Assembly (NCBI GenBank): GCA_034717975.1
Contig: JAYEMF010000040.1
Location: 1-11,375, forward strand
Origin: Campylobacterota bacterium
GTDB lineage: Bacteria; Campylobacterota; Campylobacteria; Campylobacterales; Sulfurimonadaceae
Length of the DNA stretch: 11,375 nucleotides
Reading direction: 5' to 3'
This document shows, piece by piece, positions 7,411 through 11,375 of this stretch. Position numbers and translations under genes: made by a program. Each line of letters starts with the position of its first letter. Within the stretch, counting starts at the first letter, position 1. The notes below the pieces were generated by a model that had not been told where the DNA came from, made no database searches, and saw nothing but the letters and a program-made list of their open reading frames with translations.

Positions 7411-8528
7411 AGTATGCTGTCATCAAAGCCTATTTCAAAAAAGAGATGAAAGAGATGGTGAGAGAAAAGCTGATCATTTATCTCTATGTTATCCCGATCC
7501 TGTTTATCTTCCTTTTTGGATACGGTATCCGGATGGAAGTACTGGGTACCAGAACACTGATTGTCGATCAGGACAGAAGTAAACTCTCGTATGAGCTCGC
7601 CGCAAAATTTGAACACTCAAAATATTTCAACACCGATGTGCAGACGATCTCAGAGTCCGATGCGCTAAAGCTCATCAAACAGAACAAGAAAGATCTGATT
7701 ATCTTCATTGAACCTGGCTTTCAGAAACTTCTGGCCAAAGGGCAGAAAGTTCATTTGGGAATTTTCACTGACGGCTCCTTCCCCCTTCGTGCAAAAACGA
7801 TTGAGGGATATGCCATGGGCACAATCTACGACTTCTTTTTTGAAAAGTTCAAATATCGTCTGGATGCTATGAAAGGTCTGATCAGCATCAATCAGCGTAA
7901 TCTCTTTAATCAGGCCATGCGTGACGAGGAGATGATTATTCCTGGACTTATCGCATTCATCTATCTTGTTATTCCTGCAATGATGGCAGCATTTTTAGTG
8001 GTCAGGGAGAAAGAGAAAGGAACGATTTTTAACTTTTACGCCTCACCGATACAAAAAGGGGAGTATCTGCTGGCAAAGATGGCACACATCGTCTTTCTTC
8101 AAAGTTTTAATATCATTATTTTATGGCTTATCGCAATCTATCTGTTTGATCTCCCGTTCAGAGGAAGCTTCACGCTCTATTTTGTCTCCTCGTTTATCTA
8201 TCTGATTATCAGCGCTTCCATTGGTCTTCTGGCTTCTGTTATCACCTCTACCCAGATCGTAGCGATTATTTTGGTCGCCATCGTTACCGTAATACCCGGA
8301 TTTTTATATTCGGGGATGATCATGCCGGTCAGTTCCATGGGAGGCGGGGCCTACGTCATTGCACACCTCTACCCCGTGATGTATCTTACCCATCTGATGC
8401 ATGATGTCTTTTTGGTTGGTGATGGGCTTGATGCAAGCCAAAATATCTTGTATCTATTGATCTTGACAGGGTATGCAATGGTGTTGTTTGCCCTCTCCTA
8501 TCTCTTTTTGAAAAAGAGTGTCAAATGA
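7407..8528 (+). CDS. ABC-2 type transporter permease (RbbA C-terminal/YbhS-like)
   Basis: One N-terminal TM, a periplasmic domain (VDQDRS...S), then about five TM helices. Motif VVREKEKGT..NFYASP...EYLLAK and YSGMIMPVSSM. ATGA overlap with the ATPase stop; GGAG RBS at 7396-7399. Confidence 0.93.
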   Translation: MKYAVIKAYFKKEMKEMVREKLIIYLYVIPILFIFLFGYGIRMEVLGTRTLIVDQDRSKLSYELAAKFEHSKYFNTDVQTISESDALKLIKQNKKDLIIFIEPGFQKLLAKGQKVHLGIFTDGSFPLRAKTIEGYAMGTIYDFFFEKFKYRLDAMKGLISINQRNLFNQAMRDEEMIIPGLIAFIYLVIPAMMAAFLVVREKEKGTIFNFYASPIQKGEYLLAKMAHIVFLQSFNIIILWLIAIYLFDLPFRGSFTLYFVSSFIYLIISASIGLLASVITSTQIVAIILVAIVTVIPGFLYSGMIMPVSSMGGGAYVIAHLYPVMYLTHLMHDVFLVGDGLDASQNILYLLILTGYAMVLFALSYLFLKKSVK

Positions 8529-9610
8529 AAGCATTCATAGCTGTTTTAGGCAAGGAGCTTTTAGAGTTCATGCGTTTGCCGTTTCTGGTGTTGCTGATCT
8601 TGTATATTTTTACCATAGAGATCTATGTCGCCGGAGCCGGAATCACGCTCGAAGCCAAAAACATCAGTGTCGGCGTGGTTGATTACACGCCCCGTGTTAT
8701 CAGTACAAAAATTTTAAATCATCTCCATGCACCTCACTTTCAACACCCTATACACTACACATCGCAGGAAAAGCTCTTTGAAGATATAAAGAACAAGAAG
8801 ATAATGGTCGGGATAGTATTTGAAAGTGATTTTGAGAAAAATGTGTATAAAAACGGTGGGGCAAAACTGAACCTGCTGCTTGATACTACAGCATCGGCAC
8901 AGGCTTTTTTGGCCCACTTATATCTACAAAATATCCTTTATGACTTTCAAAAAGTCATGAACCTGTCACCGATTATTATTGACAATCATAAACTCTTTAA
9001 TCCTAACGCTGAATTTACCTATTTTATGTCTATTACGGAACTGCTGGCTATTATATCGCTACTTTCGGTATTGCTTTCGGCCATGGTGTTTGTCAATGAA
9101 AAAGAGAACGGTACCTGGGATCTGATGCTGCTTATGCCGGTAAATACGAAAACAATTATTTTAGCAAAAATCCTCTCTCAGGTGCTGATTATTATGGCCG
9201 GTACAATCATGGCGGTCGGGCTTATAATTTTTGCTGTTTTTGATTCTCCCTTCAATGGCTCTTTTTCTATTTTTCTCCTCCTGACCTTCCTTTATGCTTT
9301 CACCAGTGCCGGTATCGGTCTTTTTGTAGCCGCCGTATCTGAAACTATCATGGAAGTGGCGCAGCTCGCTATTTTGATCATGATGCCGATGATCTTTCTC
9401 AGTGGTGCCTGGACCCCGGTGTATGCCATGCATCCTGTTTTGGAAGCACTGTCATATCTCTCACCGTTACGTTATTACATCGAAGGCGCGCAGAGTATCT
9501 TTTTCAGGGGTACCGATGTTTTTGATCTATGGCCGTACTTTTTAGGGGTTATGTCGCTTGGCAGCATTCTTTTTTGGCTTGGGGTGCGGAAAATAGGGAA
9601 GCTTTTTTGA
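8525..9610 (+). CDS. ABC-2 type transporter permease (YhhJ/YbhR-like)
   Basis: Same topology as the preceding gene. Motifs FNPN, EKENGT.D..L.MPV, LSGAWTP..AM and SPLRYY...IFFRG. ATGA overlap with the previous stop. Confidence 0.93.
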   Translation: MKAFIAVLGKELLEFMRLPFLVLLILYIFTIEIYVAGAGITLEAKNISVGVVDYTPRVISTKILNHLHAPHFQHPIHYTSQEKLFEDIKNKKIMVGIVFESDFEKNVYKNGGAKLNLLLDTTASAQAFLAHLYLQNILYDFQKVMNLSPIIIDNHKLFNPNAEFTYFMSITELLAIISLLSVLLSAMVFVNEKENGTWDLMLLMPVNTKTIILAKILSQVLIIMAGTIMAVGLIIFAVFDSPFNGSFSIFLLLTFLYAFTSAGIGLFVAAVSETIMEVAQLAILIMMPMIFLSGAWTPVYAMHPVLEALSYLSPLRYYIEGAQSIFFRGTDVFDLWPYFLGVMSLGSILFWLGVRKIGKLF

Positions 9611-10773
9611 TGAATAAAAACATTCTCCTGATCGCTCTGGTAAGTTTTTTTGTCGACTTCTCAACGGCAATGATCACACCCATACTTCCCATCTTCGTGA
9701 TCGAGTATCTTGATGCCGGGTATGCCGAACTGGGAATCATCATCGCGGTATCGACATTTGTCACCTATGCGACCCGCCTTTTTTCAGGCTACCTCTCCGA
9801 TAAGTTTGCTCTGGTGAAGCCGCTGGTCGTCGGAGGTTATCTTCTCTCCACCATTGCCAAACCACTCTTTTACTTTGTCGGCAGCTGGAGTGGTGCGGCC
9901 GTACTGCAGACACTGGAGCGTTTTGGCAAAGGTGTACGCGAAGCCCCAAGAGACACGCTGATATCATATTCTTCACATGCAGGCGGTTCGGGAAGATCAT
10001 TTGGCCTCCACCGTACCCTCGATACTGCCGGCCACTTTTTTGGTTCACTCACTCTGTTTCTGGCGCTGCTCTATTTCGGACAGAGCGAAGAGACGATCAG
10101 AAACCTTTTTCTCTTCTCGGCACTGCCGGGCCTGATCGGCGTGATGGTCGTCATAGTGTTTGTCAAGGACATTAGACCAAAGCGCTTTGAGATCCAAAAG
10201 ATCAGCTTTACCGAGCGTGACAGGAAGCTGATCTGGCCGATCGTGATCTACTCCGGTTTTACCGCATTTTTATTTACCGAGCCTTTCTTTGTCATGCGCG
10301 CCAAAGAGAGCGGCTTCGAGACCTTACATATTCCGCTGCTTTTCATGGTGTTTACACTTTCGCAGGCACTTCTTAGCTACCCGATCGGCAAACTGATCGA
10401 CAAATATAAAAGCAACAGGGTGCTTACTGCCGCGTATATCATAGGGGTGACGACAACACTGTTGATGCTGTATGGCTCTACTGTCTCGATTGTACTGGCT
10501 TATATCGGTTTCGGTCTCTATACGACGGCTTCATTGAATGCTATTCGGGCACTGATATCTGACATAGCGACCAATAAAGCGCTTACTTACGGATTCTTTT
10601 ATACTGTTCTGGCGTTAGCGATTTTTGTCTCATCTATTCTTATCGGATTGATTTGGGATAGTTTTGGTGCAGACAATGCGCTTCTTTTTTCATTAATCGG
10701 GACGATACTGTTTCTAATATTGACTATTTGGAAAAGGCAAATAACCGGTGATGCAACATCAGAAGGAATATAG
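9610..10773 (+). CDS. MFS transporter (MJ1317-like subfamily), 387 aa
   Basis: About 12 hydrophobic segments with subfamily motifs ERFGKGVREAPRD and GRSFGLHRTLDTAG. The start is moved from the track's 9529 to ATG 9610 (MNKNILLIAL...), which gives a TGATG 1-nt overlap with the permease stop instead of an 82-nt overlap. Confidence 0.9.
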   Translation: MNKNILLIALVSFFVDFSTAMITPILPIFVIEYLDAGYAELGIIIAVSTFVTYATRLFSGYLSDKFALVKPLVVGGYLLSTIAKPLFYFVGSWSGAAVLQTLERFGKGVREAPRDTLISYSSHAGGSGRSFGLHRTLDTAGHFFGSLTLFLALLYFGQSEETIRNLFLFSALPGLIGVMVVIVFVKDIRPKRFEIQKISFTERDRKLIWPIVIYSGFTAFLFTEPFFVMRAKESGFETLHIPLLFMVFTLSQALLSYPIGKLIDKYKSNRVLTAAYIIGVTTTLLMLYGSTVSIVLAYIGFGLYTTASLNAIRALISDIATNKALTYGFFYTVLALAIFVSSILIGLIWDSFGADNALLFSLIGTILFLILTIWKRQITGDATSEGI

Positions 10774-11352
10774 ATGCGCTTGATTCTGCTCTTTTTTGTA
10801 GGAACGATTTTGACCCTCTGGGCCGGGGATGCGGAAGATCTGACACAGACAATGCAGGAGAAGGTACTCTTCATAACCGATGTTTTGGCAGACAAGGCAC
10901 TCCCGAAAGAGCAGAAAAAAAGCAAAATCGAGGAGGCAATCAATCCTTTGTTTGATTATACGCTTATGGCCAGGCTAAGCCTGGGGAAAAAGGAGTGGAA
11001 AGAGCTGGAGGTTGCGAAAAGAAAGGAGTATGCCGGGCTTTTCGAAAGGCGTATCAAGGACTCCTATCTCAACAAGCTCGACCTCTATACCGACGAAGAA
11101 GTGGTGGTCGAAAGTGCAGTACAAACAAAACTGACCCGTATTGAGGTTCCCACTATGATCCTGACCAAGACTGACAAGATAGAAATGCTTTACAAATTCT
11201 ACCACTCCAAAAAAGGCATCTGGCTCATCTACGACGTAAAAATTGCAGGCGTGAGCATTGTGCAGACCTACCGTGCCCAGTTTATCGAGATCCTAAAGAG
11301 TAAAACGGTCTTCGAGCTGATCGATCAACTCAAATCCTCCGAGTCTCTCTAA
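10774..11352 (+). CDS. mlaC: MlaC/Ttg2D-family periplasmic phospholipid-binding protein
   Basis: 192 aa with a signal peptide (MRLILLFFVGTILTLWA). Family motifs FDYTLMARLSLG..W and WLIYDVKIAGVSIVQTYRAQF. Confidence 0.9.
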   Translation: MRLILLFFVGTILTLWAGDAEDLTQTMQEKVLFITDVLADKALPKEQKKSKIEEAINPLFDYTLMARLSLGKKEWKELEVAKRKEYAGLFERRIKDSYLNKLDLYTDEEVVVESAVQTKLTRIEVPTMILTKTDKIEMLYKFYHSKKGIWLIYDVKIAGVSIVQTYRAQFIEILKSKTVFELIDQLKSSESL

Positions 11353-11361
11353 GGTATGATC

Positions 11362-11375
11362 ATGCAACACTTCTA
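11362..11375 (+). CDS. Probable 5' start of the next operon gene (partial; MQHF...)
   Basis: AAGG at 11351-11354 lies 7 nt before ATG 11362, and there is an in-frame alternative ATG at 11356. No terminator follows the mlaC stop. Only four full codons are visible. Confidence 0.4.

Noticed and set aside
9529..9609. 27-aa N-terminal extension of the MFS ORF in the supplied track
   Set aside because: It would overlap the permease by 82 nt. ATG 9610 gives a TGATG coupled junction and a typical MFS N-terminus.
3077..11205. Remaining short alternative-frame ORFs of 60-114 aa on both strands (e.g. 5475..5666, 7394..7582, 10599..10943)
   Set aside because: All are nested in or antisense to confidently assigned genes and have no independent coding evidence.
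1..11375. CRISPR arrays, tRNA/rRNA genes, IS elements, integrases or defence-system genes
   Set aside because: No spaced direct repeats, RNA gene signatures, terminal inverted repeats or relevant protein motifs were seen, and nearly all of the window is accounted for by the operon.

Overview
The window holds one tightly packed, all-plus-strand operon of ten complete genes, with gaps of 14 nt or less or start/stop overlaps. It is flanked by a possible upstream ORF tail (1-126) and the first codons of a downstream gene. In order: a 386-aa all-helical, Ala/Lys/Glu-rich hypothetical protein with apolipoprotein-like 11-residue repeats; a 100-aa phasin-like protein; an ABC1/AarF/UbiB-family atypical kinase; a TolC-family outer-membrane channel; a HlyD-family adaptor; a double-NBD ABC ATPase; two ABC-2 permeases (together a YhiI/RbbA/YhhJ-type exporter with RbbA split in two); an MFS transporter; and an MlaC/Ttg2D-family periplasmic lipid-binding protein. 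Gene style, moderate GC and a TGnTATAAT promoter are compatible with a Campylobacterota (Sulfurovum/Sulfurimonas-like) host, but this is inference only. The most interesting signal is the co-transcription of putative lipid-surface coat proteins and a UbiB-type ATPase with a complete trans-envelope exporter and a lipid shuttle. This suggests an uncharacterised lipid-body or lipid mobilisation and export system. No RNA genes, CRISPR arrays or mobile elements were seen. Family calls come from motif recognition by eye, not from database searches.
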